From Podarcis cretensis (lineage: Eukaryota): DNA of 64,000 bases. A program made the translations under genes and the position numbers. This document shows positions 1-12,930 of this stretch, piece by piece. Location: contig OX638155.1 of NCBI GenBank assembly GCA_951804945.1, positions 63,240,001-63,304,000 on the forward strand, read 5' to 3'. How positions within the stretch are numbered: position 1 is the stretch's first letter; each line of letters opens with the position of its first letter. The notes under the pieces are model-generated. The model made no database searches. It was not told the DNA's origin and saw only the letters and a program-made list of their open reading frames with translations.

Positions 1-891
1 CAACATGTACTGAATAACAAGTAATGCTAGAAGCAGAAAAAAATTAATCAAAACAATAACAACAACATCTTGAGTGTGTTGTATTGGCTACCCCTAATCT
101 AGATAATGAAAGTAGCCCATCTTTGTTGCTGAACAAAGAGCTACATTCCACCAACAGCCATCATTTTACAAGTTGTTTCCCATGAGCATTACATCTTTGA
201 ACAATATGTCCTATCTGCAGAGGCCAACAATGTTCCTGTTAATTAGCCATTGTAAATACACTGGGTTACAAAACAAAACCAAAGACAAAAGAACCAATTA
301 ACCCAGTCCTGTGGGGAAAATATTAGCGCCCACCAATGACACTTGAAGTCTGGGGTGATATCATAAAATCGTAACTGGCTTAAATAGTGCAATGACTCTT
401 GTCTTGTTATTTTGCAATATTCGCCACATGTGTGGAATTGAATTTGCACTTGTTTTAATAATTCAGCTCTTGATTTATGGCAACCCATTCTTTCCTGACC
501 ATTAATTTTTATGGGCCTTCATTTTCTGAATTACTAACACATGGTATATCTCAATTAGATTCTATTAGCATTTTACCATTTAAAACATGTACATGGTGCA
601 CAGTCCTGAATTATCCCCATGGACACTTTAAAACACCATATAATGAAAATATTTAATATGGAAGGCTTTTCTGTTTGCGCGATGTTATATATAACACCAT
701 GATCTCTCTGTCCCCTAGTGACTACTATCGTGGAACTGAATCTGATCACTTTGTAGTTCAATTTGTTCTTCATTTGGTTTCATTGATCTCTAGGGAGCAT
801 GGACTTAGCCATCCTAGGAATGTTACATTAGATATCTGGCTAATATTAATTAAATAATATTATTGCTTCATACCCCTTTATGTGGGCAGGT

Positions 892-945
892 TACTTTGAA
901 GAAGGAACCTGTATATTCTACTTTGAAGAAGGAACCTGTATATTC
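892..945. repeat. Perfect 27-bp tandem duplication
   Basis: TACTTTGAAGAAGGAACCTGTATATTC at 892-918 and 919-945. Confidence 0.95.
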
Positions 946-1599
946 ATTAAGAGCATTGGCAGTTCTGTTGGTCCAAAAGGACAACAATCCTCTGGAAACA
1001 GCAGTAAAAACTGTTCAATCAGTGCAAAGATTTCTCCTTGCGCTATAGAGCTCTCCCACTCTTTCCCTCCACACGCATGCAAGGGAAAATACTTTCATCC
1101 TAATGCCCTCCTTTGTCGCCCACCGCTAAGGATAATCATGATTTGGGAGTACCAGGGACAGGGTGTTTTCAGCTGTGGCTTCACACTTGTGGAATTCTCT
1201 CCCCCAGTAACACCACATGCCTCCCTCTCTTGTATTTCAAAATATCTTAAAAAGGTGTTTTTAAACCTGCTAAGCTATTTATTGTTGTGGTAAGTTTTTC
1301 CCCTCGCCCCTGCCCTATTTTGTATGATTTCCCTGAATGCTGTTTTTATTTTTTATTTTGTCAATTATTTTGTTTATTGTTTATTGTGAACCACCTTGTG
1401 AGGGGAGGAAGAATGATCTCAAATAAGTAAATCCGTGTATACAGTAGTGTCCAAAAATTGCATTAGTGGAAGACAGCAAATGACCTTTTTCCCCCCTTCC
1501 TCCCTTCTGTGACTCTTGAAAAGCCTTTTCAGAGGGATGGGGGACATTTCTGAACAACAAGAGCTGTATGGGGCTGTGGTGGAGAGAGGACTCAATCTG

Positions 1600-1827
1600 A
1601 GAGCCAGCATAGTGTAGTGCTGTCATTGGACTAAGACCTGGGAGACCAGGGTTCAAATCCCCACTCAACCATGAAACTCTCACTGGGTGACTTTAGGCAA
1701 ATCACTGCCTCATCCTTCCCTACCTCACAAGGTTGTTGTGGGAATTAAATGAGGACAGAGAGAAGTGTTCACTAGCTTGAGCTCCTTGGAAGGTGGGATA
1801 TATATGCCATAAATAAATAAAATAAAC
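1600..1827 (+). mobile_element. Old tRNA-derived CORE/MIR-like (Squam3-related) SINE
   Basis: A-box-like TAGTGTAGTG, B-box GGTTCAAATCC, CORE-like CTGGGTGACTTTAGGCAAATCAC, CCTACCTCACAAGGTTGTTGTG and an (AAAT)n tail. Confidence 0.75.
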
Positions 1828-3325
1828 AATAAGTCTGAAATTGGATAGAGGAATGTTGAACCACTGGATGGCCACTTGTGCAATATTTTTCTGCACAGTT
1901 TCAGATCATCCTCTTCCCTCGTGCCCCCACAACTCTCTGGAAATGATTATTTGATGGGTAATGGGCTTCAGAAGGAATGCAACCTGTTTCCTTGAACATG
2001 TGGCTTTGAAAAGCCTTTCAACTCTATGAACTTTAGCAAGAAAATTAAACCTCAGCAAAAAGCAATGTTGCGGAGGTTGATTTTTAAAAATATTTTATTT
2101 CCCATACACCCTACATCTAAGTGGTTCACATAAAATATGCATTAAAATTATCAGTGAGAAAGCTGAAAGCTAAACACAAATCAAAATATAAATAAAACAC
2201 ATTATATATATATGCATATGCATTTGAATTTTGCATATGAGTAGGCTTACCTAAACAAAAAAGTTGTGAGCAGGCACTGAAAACAGTACAGGGAAGACAT
2301 CTGCCTAATGCCAATGGGCAGATAGTTCCAGGATGTAGGTGCTGCCATGCTGAAAGATCGATTTTGCGAAAATATCCCTTCAGACAGCTATTCTGCTGCC
2401 CGCCCACAGCTCCATGTATGTACCGCGTTCTGCTAAATCTCTGTGCCTAACTGTCAAATGTATTTACGGAGCAGGTGGCCGATTAAAAGGCCATAGCTTA
2501 GCCCTCTGTGCATAAAAAGTTAAGCTTCCTTTGAACTTTTTAATGACATTTTCAGCTTGCTTCTGCGGTGCCTAAGATACTTTCCCTTATCTGAGAGGAA
2601 TTCTTTGATATAACCTTGGCGGTAGCCGTGCAACTGTTCAGTTGTAATTATGTGACTGTGGTGCTGAAGGATAGAAGGAAACTGTGGTAATGGATATACT
2701 CAAAAAGGATGGAGGGTCACATGTCAAATTGCCTTGGCTGGGAGACACTCTGTGACCCTGAGGGCAAAGTAATGATGATTACTATGGGAACCAATAATTC
2801 AGCACCACAATATATCATAATATATATCAAGTGAACCCTCCATAAAGCAGGATATTCTCCAGTAATGCATGTCTAATTTTAGTATAATACAATGACTGAG
2901 AGGAATTTTTTTTCTTTAAATGAGGTTCTTCCCTTTTAAACGAGCTTGAAATAATCCCAAGGCTGCATATTCTTTTGATAAAACTATTTTAGCAAATTCA
3001 ATCCTGATGCAGAATGAGTTTTCTGCAAATTGCTATTTCCATTGATAATATAATTTGGCAAACCTGCCCTCTGTTACACATTTCTCTCTAGGTTTTTATT
3101 TTTATAGCCATAGGGTTTAGTATCTATAGACAAATGTTCTCCCTCCTTCCAAGGCTTTTGTATATAGAGAGCACTTCTCTATAGAAGAACACTTCTATCC
3201 ATGTATGCGTACTTTATCTTTATATACAATGATAATTTGCTTCCTGGTTACCTCTCATTTTGATATGGTGTCTGCTGCAAATATTGGAAGATTAGTTGTT
3301 TTTTATTATGAACACAGTTTAAAAA

Positions 3326-3327
<2 letters not shown>

Positions 3328-3364
<37 letters not shown>
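3328..3364. repeat. (GT)n microsatellite
   Basis: Direct reading. Confidence 0.97.
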
Positions 3365-3365
<1 letters not shown>

Positions 3366-4623
3366 AGTATGCTACACCTTGGAGACCTTTTGCTGATGTG
3401 CAGGCAAAGCAGATTTGGGAATGGCTATCATGGGGAACAAAAGGGAAGAGTCAGCCCACAGTAAAGAGGCAAATAAGGAAAGTTAGAGGGACTCAGGAAA
3501 GAGTTGGGAGAGCAGAAAGCATTTGTCTGAAGACTTGGGAGTGAGTATGGGCGGGCAGAAGGCTAATTTTGTTTTCCCATTTTTCCTATCTTCAATTCAG
3601 TTCTCCAGATTTCTATAGCAATTTGCATAATCTTCATGAAAATTTGTCAGCGTTTTCACACAAATCTTTCCCGATGAACATATTTTCGACATATGCAGTT
3701 TTGACTAATGCACACATTTTCTGTGAGCGAACACCTTTTCGTATGCTATTTTTCATGTATGCATGGATTTTTATGTCCCGTTTCACTTGATATCCATTTG
3801 TGTACACGTTGGTTGGTTGGAGAATAGCATCTCAATATTCGGAGAAGTGTAAATTTTTGAAAGATAATTGAGATTCAGTTCATGTATAGGTTCAAGAAGT
3901 GCAGTTTCTCATTAAGATGCAAACAGAATAGAATTTCTCTGACATCTCTAGGAGAGAGTGGCTTTGGTGTGCAGAAAATAAAACAAAAATGTTGTGAAAG
4001 GAGGTAAAAGACACAACTGCAGCCTTGGACTCCTCCCATTCATTTCACTGGATCTTCCTGCTAGATTGTGATGCTACTGAACTGCAAACATAGCTAAAAT
4101 GACTTATATCTGTAGAGTCTAGAATAATTGCTAAAAAGCCTTGGGGGTATCCAACTAAACAGTTAGGCTAGAACAACAAATTGTAGCTGTACAATGTAAC
4201 TTTACTGCCTTTCTTTCTCCCCACATGCCCTTGAGTTTCCTGAATCTGCTCTGGGGGTTTCCACAACCTTTTCCCTAAGCCAGATGGGAAATGATAGGGG
4301 CAGATGGGGAGCAGAGAGGGAAGCAAAGTTCTACTGTGCAGCTAAAAGTTGTTGTGCTAGCATAACTGTCTGTATTAAGGCAAGGGTTTAAGGCAAAGGT
4401 TGGGAAGAGTTCCCCCAGATGTTGCTGGACTGCAGCTCTGTCTATTGGCCACGCAACTTTATTATGAAAATGTCTTGCAAATTTGTCACAAAAGACCACC
4501 GAGGGTTCAAATATTCTTTCAGAAAGACAGTCCAGTCACCCCCCAGAAAAGTGCAACTGGGTGACTTCTTGAGGATACAATGGAGGAAGCCAAACACTCT
4601 TTTTCTGCTCACTACCATGTAGC

Positions 4624-4745
4624 ACATAAGAGCAGAAGAAGACCTCTGTTGGATCAGGCCAAAGGTCCATCTATACTCATAGCAAGCATGTTCTCAATGT
4701 GGCCAATGAGACGCCTATGGGAACCATACAAGCAGGACTTGAGTG
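4624..4745 (-). mobile_element. CR1 LINE 3'-end fragment
   Basis: CATAAG...GGATCAGGCCAAAGGTCCATCTA resembles the reverse complement of the CR1 terminal stem-loop region. Confidence 0.55.
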
Positions 4746-5570
4746 TGTAGGCATGATAATATGCTCTAACTGTGTTTGGTCACATATTGTTGTTCTCCAG
4801 CTTCTTTAATCTCATTTTGCAATCAAATATGAAATACTAGCATGGTCAAACGGGCCAAAGCACATTTAATTTTCATGGTTCTTGCTTCCTCCTGTTCTCA
4901 ATGAAGAAGCAAATTAACAACCAGTCCTTCATCTTACATATATTTATGAAGACAGGATTATGGCAACATGAGTCGAAATTTTAATGGAAACAATATTCTG
5001 CCCCTGGAAAGATTTATATCGATAGCTATGTAAACAGTAATAACTAGCAGGAAATTGCAAATAATTAGAAGGATTACAAGCTGTGTTTGCCCATTATTCA
5101 TGTCTAGACTCATAGATAACCCCCCAGTTTTATTTATCTCACCTGTTGTCCCTTTCTTTGTGCTCATTACTTTGCTAATTACAGGTAATCGGGTGACTTA
5201 TGTGACTGCTACATACAGCCATGCTAATGAAGGATGTTGTGCAGGAAGATGGAATCTAAAATATATCTAGATAAATATTTTGCCAATGGAAATATTGGAG
5301 CCGTACTTGACAGATTCGACCTTTCCCCCTCCATTTATCATACCCTTGTATTCTTGCCTTTTCTTCTTTTTAGCTTGTCTGAGGGTCAAACTAGACATGA
5401 TGTAAAATGTGTTTTGTATTTAATGTGCATCCCCTCTCCCCCATGGCTCCTTTAACCAAAGAAAAGTATGTTAGGAGCACTGATTATGGATCTCCCATGT
5501 CGCATCTAGTATGGCCTTGAAATAACACATTTGTAGACTTCTGTATTTTGTAGACTGTATGTTTCTATGT

Positions 5571-5893
5571 TCTTGAGAGTCCCATGGACTGCAAGAAGAT
5601 CAAACGTATCCATTCTGAAGGAAATCAGCCCTGAGTGCTCACTGGAAGGACAGATCGTGAAGCTGAGGCTCCAATACTTTGGCCACCTCATGAAAAGACC
5701 CTGATGTTGGGAAAGATGGGGGGCACAAGGAGAAGGGGATGACAGAGGACAAGATGGTTGGACAGTGTTCTCGAAGCTACCAGCATGAGTCTGACCAAAC
5801 TGCAGGAGGCAGTGGAAGACAGGAGTGCCTGGCGTGCTCTGGTCCCTGGGGTCACAAAGAGTCAGACACGACTAAATGACTAAACAACAACAA
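5571..5893 (+). mobile_element. Bov-B (RTE-clade LINE) 3' fragment
   Basis: Near-identical to 20141-20484 (TCTTGAGAGTCCCATGGACTGCAAGAAGATC...GACTAAACAACAACAA), with a short internal deletion and a (CAA)n tail. Confidence 0.93.
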
Positions 5894-6865
5894 TGTTTGC
5901 TTCCTTAAATCAAACTTCTTTACCTGTTTTATACACTGGCCTGGTCCATGTACTAACAGGGAAGCTTTATAGCTGGGACAGAGCCATTAAGAAACAGTCT
6001 AAATCTGCACAAGCATAGATCTGTTGATGGGTATAATATACTAACTCCATTAATAAGGATAAAGCAAATTTTAGAATGACTGAAGATTGATCCATGGTAA
6101 TTATAAAAGGGACTGGTCAATTTTAACTGCTAGGCTTTTTGCACTGCAGTGCTTTATGTGTATTTGAAATCACATATGCAAATATAAAATGACAAGAAAT
6201 GGCATAATCAATGAACAAAATGCTGAGATTATCAACGTAGCTTTACAGAATGCAATGTACAGCATTCGTGATTCTTTTTGTTGGGTGAATGGCATACACC
6301 ACGTTCTAAAGCTTCGATCTCCTGAAAAAAATTCCATCATAATCCAAAATTCACAGTTATCCAGATTACTCGCTAGTGATGCTAAAGACCTAATGTTATA
6401 TATTTGCAGGAGCATATTAGAAGGTAACCAGATCTACTATGGTTTTAGAAAGATAAAGCTTGCAATACACAAAATGATAACTCACAAATGTAACTTTCTA
6501 CATTTTTAAATTTGGGGGGGGGGGGGGGGAGGTTTGTGAAATGTGTAGCTTCCACATTATTTCTCCACTCTGACCAATTAGTTGAGATGAGTGTTTGAAT
6601 ATTCTCTATTACATATTATAATCACTTCAGAAACACTACATATTTCTCACCACCATTGAAATAATTCAAAATAATATTATTTATCACTGTTAACAATGTA
6701 ATTGACACCAATAAGTGAATGAAAAAGGTCAAATGCACAATGAAGATGGCTGTCAGATTTCTGGTTGGATTAAAAAATGGTAAGTGTAAAATCTGACTTG
6801 ACTCCGGGTCTGTGTCACAGGTTTAAGTTATCCTGAACTGATGCGTTTTGATAACCTGATGGTGA

Positions 6866-7770
6866 TATTATTATTATGTATTAAATTTGTATACCGCCTT
6901 CATCCACAGAACTCAGGGTGGTTTACAGCATAAAAATAAAAACACAAATACATAATTAAACAAGAACAAGAAGGGGGGGGACGCATAACCCCCCCCCCCG
7001 CAAACACATTTAAAAGGACACAGAGTGTTAATTAGCCAAAGGCCTGGTTGAAGAGAAATGTTTTCTCTTGGCACCTAAAGATATATAATGAAGGCACCAG
7101 CCAAACCTCCCTGGTGAGAGTATTCCACAAATGGGGAGCTATTGTGGAAAAGGCCCGTTCTCGTGTTACCGCCCTCTGGACCTCTTGTGGAGGAGGCACA
7201 CGAAAAACGGCCTCCAATGATGACTGTAGGGTCCAGATTGGTTCATATAGGGAGAGGCAGTTCTTGAGGTATTGATACCCTCCAGCATTTTTCCGATGAA
7301 AATAGGGACGTCTCATTCTATAATGAAAATTTTACGATTTATACCCTACACATCTTACTGGGTTGACCCAGCCACTCTGGGCAGCTTCCAACACATATAA
7401 AAACATAATAAAACACTAAACTGTTTTTTTAAAAAAACCTTCCCTATTCAGGATTGCCTTCGGACAGCTCGGGGATCAGATAACTCCATACCCTCCAACA
7501 TTTCTCCAATAAAAATAGAGACATCCTAAGGAAAACTGGGACATTCCAGGATCAAATCAGAAACCAGGACAGCTTCTCTAAATCAGGAACATCACTGGAA
7601 AATAGAGGCACTTGGAAGGTCTGGTATTGCGGTCCTGAACTGTTTTGCGCTTTAGAGGTCAACGCCAGCACTTTGAATAGGGCCTGTGAACTAATTGGCA
7701 GCCAGTTCAGTCAGCCCAGGATCAGTGTAATAGGCTCAAACCATCTTGCCCCTGTGAGCAACCTGGCACT
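6866..7770 (-). mobile_element. L2 LINE 3' fragment interrupted by an insertion at 7275-7623
   Basis: Minus-strand translation ...RERAFSTIAPHLWNTL...FRCQEKTFLFNQAF matches the C-terminus of the intact L2 ORF (RARAFSAAAPTWWNAL...FRRACKTELFHLAF). (TTA)n-type tail near 6866. Confidence 0.85.
7275..7623. mobile_element. Composite non-autonomous DNA element (hAT-like MITE) nested in L2
   Basis: Ends ATACCCTCCAGC / TTGGAAGGTCTG are imperfect inverted repeats. GTATTG is duplicated on both sides (7269-7274, 7624-7629). A second copy of the left end sits at 7487. Confidence 0.65.
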
Positions 7771-9531
7771 CAGCTATACAGCTGCAAATAAAATATTTTA
7801 TGTGTGTTTTAAGTGCATTATACAATGTGACACTAGATGGCAATGGTGAGCCTTATGGAAAATTCAATGTATTTTTAAAAACACTTCTTTTTTTAAAAAA
7901 AAGAAAGCATTTCCTGAACATTTTTTAATGTGTGTAGATTCCACCCAGGATGCCAAATTCGGCGCCCTGAGCAGTAATCTGAAAGCCTCAGGCTTTTTGT
8001 TTTTTTAAAAAACACAGTTGTGTTTTCCTTCGATCGGATCACATTCTGCAGCATGCACAATCTTTCTAGAAATGGAGTGCTGACATTTCACAGCGGTAAT
8101 TTCTTCTTAATGGAATGGCTTTAAATATAATGTGTTGGTATCTCACTGCTTCTTCTCTTGGTTCCATTTCTTTTTAAAAAAATCAGGGTATGCCTACACT
8201 CAGTAGGAACATGACAGCCGTGGCAAGTGCTAACCAGTCCTCAAGTGTGCATAATTGCTCGCTGATGCTTAGTGGCTTTTAAGTAAAGGTAGAAGGTGTC
8301 ATTTACTGGCATTATCTTCCATTTCACTGCCACAAGGATGATTTCAGAGGTAAACCTTCCCCTGCAGAAGGAAAGTAATAATTAATGACAGAGCTTCATG
8401 CAAAGGAGCACCAGGAATCACAATGGGCTTTAACAAACAATTGATGTGGGAAGAAAGGGCATTTTATTCTCCACTGCCAGGCAGTGGTTTTATCCCTTTT
8501 AAGACAGAGCAGCAGGGTTCTTTTTAGAATTACACATTGAACATTTTGAGGATGCTGTGGGTAACCAGGGGACCTGATGTTGCAAAAGAGTTGAAAGATA
8601 TTATTTGTCTTACTTACAGAGGTTGGGGATTCTGCTGAATCCTTAGCCAACTTTATTCAGTGCAGGAATAGTCAGCCTTGGTGATTTAAAGCAGCTAAAA
8701 ATAAACATATTGAGTAAAACTAAAGGTTCTTTTCCCCTTGCATGCTGGCTTGCATTTCCTGTTTCCAGTTATAGGCTTGAAAACCGAGCAGGTTAAATGG
8801 ATGTTTGTGACACATTGAGTCTTTAAATAGTTTAAATGGTTCTGGGACCCTGGTTTGGCTGCAGGTCCATGACTTATATTGAATAATGTGCATTCTGTTG
8901 TCCAGCTTTATGTCTATGCTTCAAGAAATCCTAGTGCAATGCCTGTGTCTCCACAGCAAATATGATTGAAGCGCAAAGTGTGGAAGATGCTATTCTCACC
9001 AGACTCTGATCTTCTGCTCTGTTTAGCAGAGCAACATTTGAATCTTCAGGTCAACGGTGCCTTTGATGGATACCCTCATGAATCCTAAATATGCCAGTGC
9101 ATTCATGGTTGTATTTGAACATGCTATGTGTTCTCGTCTGTGAAAGCTTATACTACGTGAACTTTGTTGAGGTGACACAGAACTCTTTCTTGGCTTTGCC
9201 ACAACAAAGTTTATCTGTGGAGGGGACGCAGGGCCACATGCACCAGCCCAAATCCCTCCAGTCCCAAAACCTCCAGTGATAAGCAGGAAGGTGTGAAGGG
9301 TCACTTATAATCCTCTCCATGATTGGGAACACTGTGTGGTCAAGGATCTTGTATATGTTCAGCCAAACATGCTTTCAGCCTCTTTTTAGACCTTCTTGCG
9401 CACGTAAGAGAGGTGGAGGGGGCAGGGGAAGTGCATGTGAGCCATCCATGGATAGAGTTTAAGAATGGCTGAAGAGAACTAGATACTTTTATCCCTCTGT
9501 GATTTATTCCCATAGAGTTAGTGTCAGTGAG

Positions 9532-10016
9532 TGTCAGGAGTCCAGGTTCCCAGCTTGATAACAGTAAGCGTAGCTAATTAAAAAGGTGGATTTATTTAAA
9601 AAACAACTAGATAGCTCTGGACAGCTCTAACAAAGCCACCCGCACCATTTCTCAAGATGACCCTTCTGAAGACTCCTGGCGTCGACAAAAGATATTGCAC
9701 TTACGAACCTTGCTTCCTATCTAGTAGCCCTCCCATTCGCCGACTCTTTGGACTTAGTGGATCTGCTCCTACCTCTTCCTTTTCTGAGAGTCTGTATCTG
9801 AGTCCATTCGCGCCTGTTTGTGCTTCTGGTGAGCTTTGGCTGTGTTCTAGCCTCCTCTCAGCTATTGCCTTAACAGCCTGCCCGTCAAGGTCAGGAAGAG
9901 CTGAAGTCTGCAGCTGCTGGCTTCCCCTGCCCTGAGTAACATCAAAGCCTCTCTGTTCCTGGCTGCTTTCTGCAGTTGGCTGCAAACCATCACTTGGAGC
10001 TGGCTCATTCCTGACA
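9532..10016 (-). mobile_element. Solo LTR of an LTR retrotransposon or ERV
   Basis: TG...CA ends with 8-bp inverted termini TGTCAGGA/TCCTGACA. Exact 5-bp TSD GTGAG (9527-9531, 10017-10021). Minus-strand AATAAA at ~9590. Confidence 0.88.
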
Positions 10017-12152
10017 GTGAGGATGTTCTTTACTCTTTGTAAGTAAGGCCAGTTGGAGCCAGATCAGAGGAGACTATAGATGGTGCAGGATGTGTGTAGT
10101 CACTCCGTGATGGTGCCAAACAATGGTGTGGATAGGGGTGATTCAGGGTGATTTTACCCTACCCAAGATGCACCAAGTTGGATCAGAGCCCCCAGAAGCC
10201 TCATGTTGATCTGCTTCTGTACTCTCATCTGTTCTGTGCATTCTTTACTTAAAGCAACTTGGAAACAGGTTGGAATTATATTTTTAAGCACGTATACACA
10301 ACAAATCTTGGGACTAAGGCACACCCCATTCATGTGGTTTCTGCAGTGGGATTCGGTGAGTGCTGGAGCTACAGGAGTGGGCAAACCCAGGAACACCTGC
10401 ACCAGTCAAAAGTTTCTAGGAACAATCCAGGTGTCTCATTATTTTATAAACTATATTAACATCTCCAGATTGTTGTGGGAGTTAAAAATCCACTTGGCTG
10501 CTCAGCTTCGTATATACTCAAATGGAATCACGGTGCTACCCTGAGCGTTGAGAGACTATAAAGTAGAGTGAAGCCTACTAAAACAAAAGGCATTGCTTAA
10601 GAAGTTGTCACACATTGCAGAATGGCAGCAGAACTCTCCTGCTATGTCGCCACACTTCAATGAACTCAATTTTTCCCCAATTAATTCTTGAAGCGTGGGA
10701 GTTCTGCTGCTTAGCAGAGGCTCCTTGGATAGCTCAGCCAGCTCGTGTTTTATACTATCATTCATTTCCCTTTTTTAAAAAAGGAGTGCTGAATGAAGGT
10801 TACATTTTAACTATCTATGGACGTCTGCATCCTGGGTATGGAAAATGGGTCCTGCAGGTTCAGAACAAGTGTCCGCTTGGCTGCTGGTGTGTTATATTAA
10901 ATGAGTGTACAATCTGTGTGCCTGTATACACCTAAATAGTATCTGTGAACCCAACAGTTGAGCTGTACAAATCAACAAGTGCACCCACTTTCACACAAAC
11001 ATTTGTGTAGGGACAGTTTGTACCTGTGTTCAATCTACTATGTGAATAAGTCTCATTTGATCTAACATCATCCTTTAAACCGTGACCAGAAAGACACAAG
11101 TAAGAAAAGGGGCATTCTTCCAGTCTTTGTTCTGGTATTCAGAATATTTTGCTTTGGCCGCCCTGTACCTACTTCTGATAAATTTCAGATTCAGGTAGGT
11201 AGCCGTATTGGTCTGACACAATCGAAATATAGAAAAAAATAATAAAAAATTGTCCAGAATAACAATAACAAAACCATGAAGCAAAATATACTCTTTCATT
11301 GATCCTGGTTACATGCAGAAATGGGTTCTTGGGTCCTTGAGAATTAAATTATAAAGTTCAGCCCCACGTTAGAAAGAGGAGATCAAGAAGGATGATAAGC
11401 ACATGCATTTTTTAAAGGTTATATTTTACATCAGGATTTTATAATGGCGACCCTGCAGAAGCCTTGCTAAGTTAACCTCTGCTCAAATTGTTATGATTTG
11501 GTGATAAAAAAGAAATCTTAATTCTATATTCCGCCTAACCTTAGAATTCACCTTGTAAAATGCATTCCTTATGAACCTCCATTTCAACTTCAGTAATATC
11601 CTTTTCAGTGAAATCATTATCTTTAAAGGGAATAAATTAATTAGCACCATCTCTTTCCCTTATTTGGTCATCAATTAAATCTGAGAGATATGCTATCCAC
11701 GGAAATGTCTGCTCAAGCAGTATGGAAATAGAGGAGAAGATGCTGCCTTGATTAGTGGGTCAGATCAGGGAATGGATGGTCCCTGTGGACACAAGAACCC
11801 CAGGCATGCAGGTCTGTTGCTAGGCAACTATATTGATCCTCTCCAGCATCTTCTCAGACAGTCTCATCTGCTCTTGAACACCACCGTTTACAGCAAGGCA
11901 GCAGTTAAATACTTGGCTTTAATATTTATGAAGTAAACATTTAACTCTTTGAGATTGAATGCAGAATGCAATTTGCTATTCTCTTTCTTTCTTTTATACA
12001 TGAATAGCCTATCTTAGTAGGTTTCCTTGTTGGGTTGCCACTGCCAGGGGGTAGAATGTATCTCTCTGAATCACTGATCATCTGATCTGGTCTTGAAGCC
12101 CTCTGAAAAGAGACTGAGGAGTGGTAGGTCAAAACCTCAATCACATCTGTCA

Positions 12153-12404
12153 TTGCATGGACAGGCGGAGACCCCCCCAAGCCCCAGGTGACCCCCGGGA
12201 GGAATAATGACACCTGACAACATGCTTTGGGGATTAAAATTGGCCACAACTTTATTAAATTCTCAGATGTAGGAAGACCTTGGCTTAGGCATTAGGCGTT
12301 TATCCCTCCCAGTCCCCAGCCAAGGATCTGGGGAACATCAGGGTTATCTAAAGTGGGTGGGGATTGGACTGACTCTGGAGAATGTCTTTTCAAGCAGAGA
12401 GCCC
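12153..12404 (-). mobile_element. 3' fragment of the unclassified AATAAAGTTGTGGCC element family
   Basis: Shares GCCTAAGCCAAGG..CCTACATCTGA, AATAAAGTTGTGGCC and terminal GGTCTCCGCCTG...CAA with 44817-44960. Confidence 0.8.
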
Positions 12405-12839
12405 GTATCTCTCTGAATCATTGAGGATGGAGGAGAGAGGAAAACGTCCAGTTGCATAAGGAGAAGTCATTCTGCGCCCACATTTATTTAATTGAATCCC
12501 ACCCTCTGTCTATTTTTCCTCTTTTATTTCATTTTTTAAATAAAATAAACATTATAATTGTTTCATCAGCAAGGAATTCTAATTATGTGTTGCTCCAGTT
12601 ACGAGTACAATTTATTTATTTATTTTTTTGATATTCATTTCTATGACTTTGAAACATATACCATTGTGGCAAGAATGCTTGGGCTCATTGTGATTAATTT
12701 TTAATGCATGCTCTTCTTCACACCAGGAAGCGAGTGTAAAAGAAATGTCTTCTTTCTCAATCTGGTTTTCAGATATAGTTGTTTGTTTCAATTGAAACTA
12801 AATCACACTTCATTCTCGTTGAAATCTATGGGGTTCAGA

Positions 12840-12930
12840 GTATAGTCCTGCACATGTGTACTGAGAGGGAGGTCCCATTGAGTTTAGTGGAACTGAACTC
12901 TAGGCAAGTGGGGACAGGATTGCAGTGTTA
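12840..12930. mobile_element. Short old palindromic MITE-like repeat (other copies ~19225-19305, 28826-28903, 34835-34925, 49865-49948)
   Basis: Recurrent degenerate unit GCAATCCTA..ACTTACCTGGGAGTAAGCCCCATTGAA..GACTTACT..TAGGATTGCA with inverted ends. Confidence 0.6.

Noticed and set aside
6189-6509. 106-aa ORF and opposite-strand acceptor at ~6323
   Set aside because: No domain, no coherent splice structure and AT-rich non-coding composition.
11169-11212. Minus-strand exon-like segment (QYGYLPESEIYQK*)
   Set aside because: Plausible acceptor only. The peptide is unrecognised and no upstream coding exon was found.
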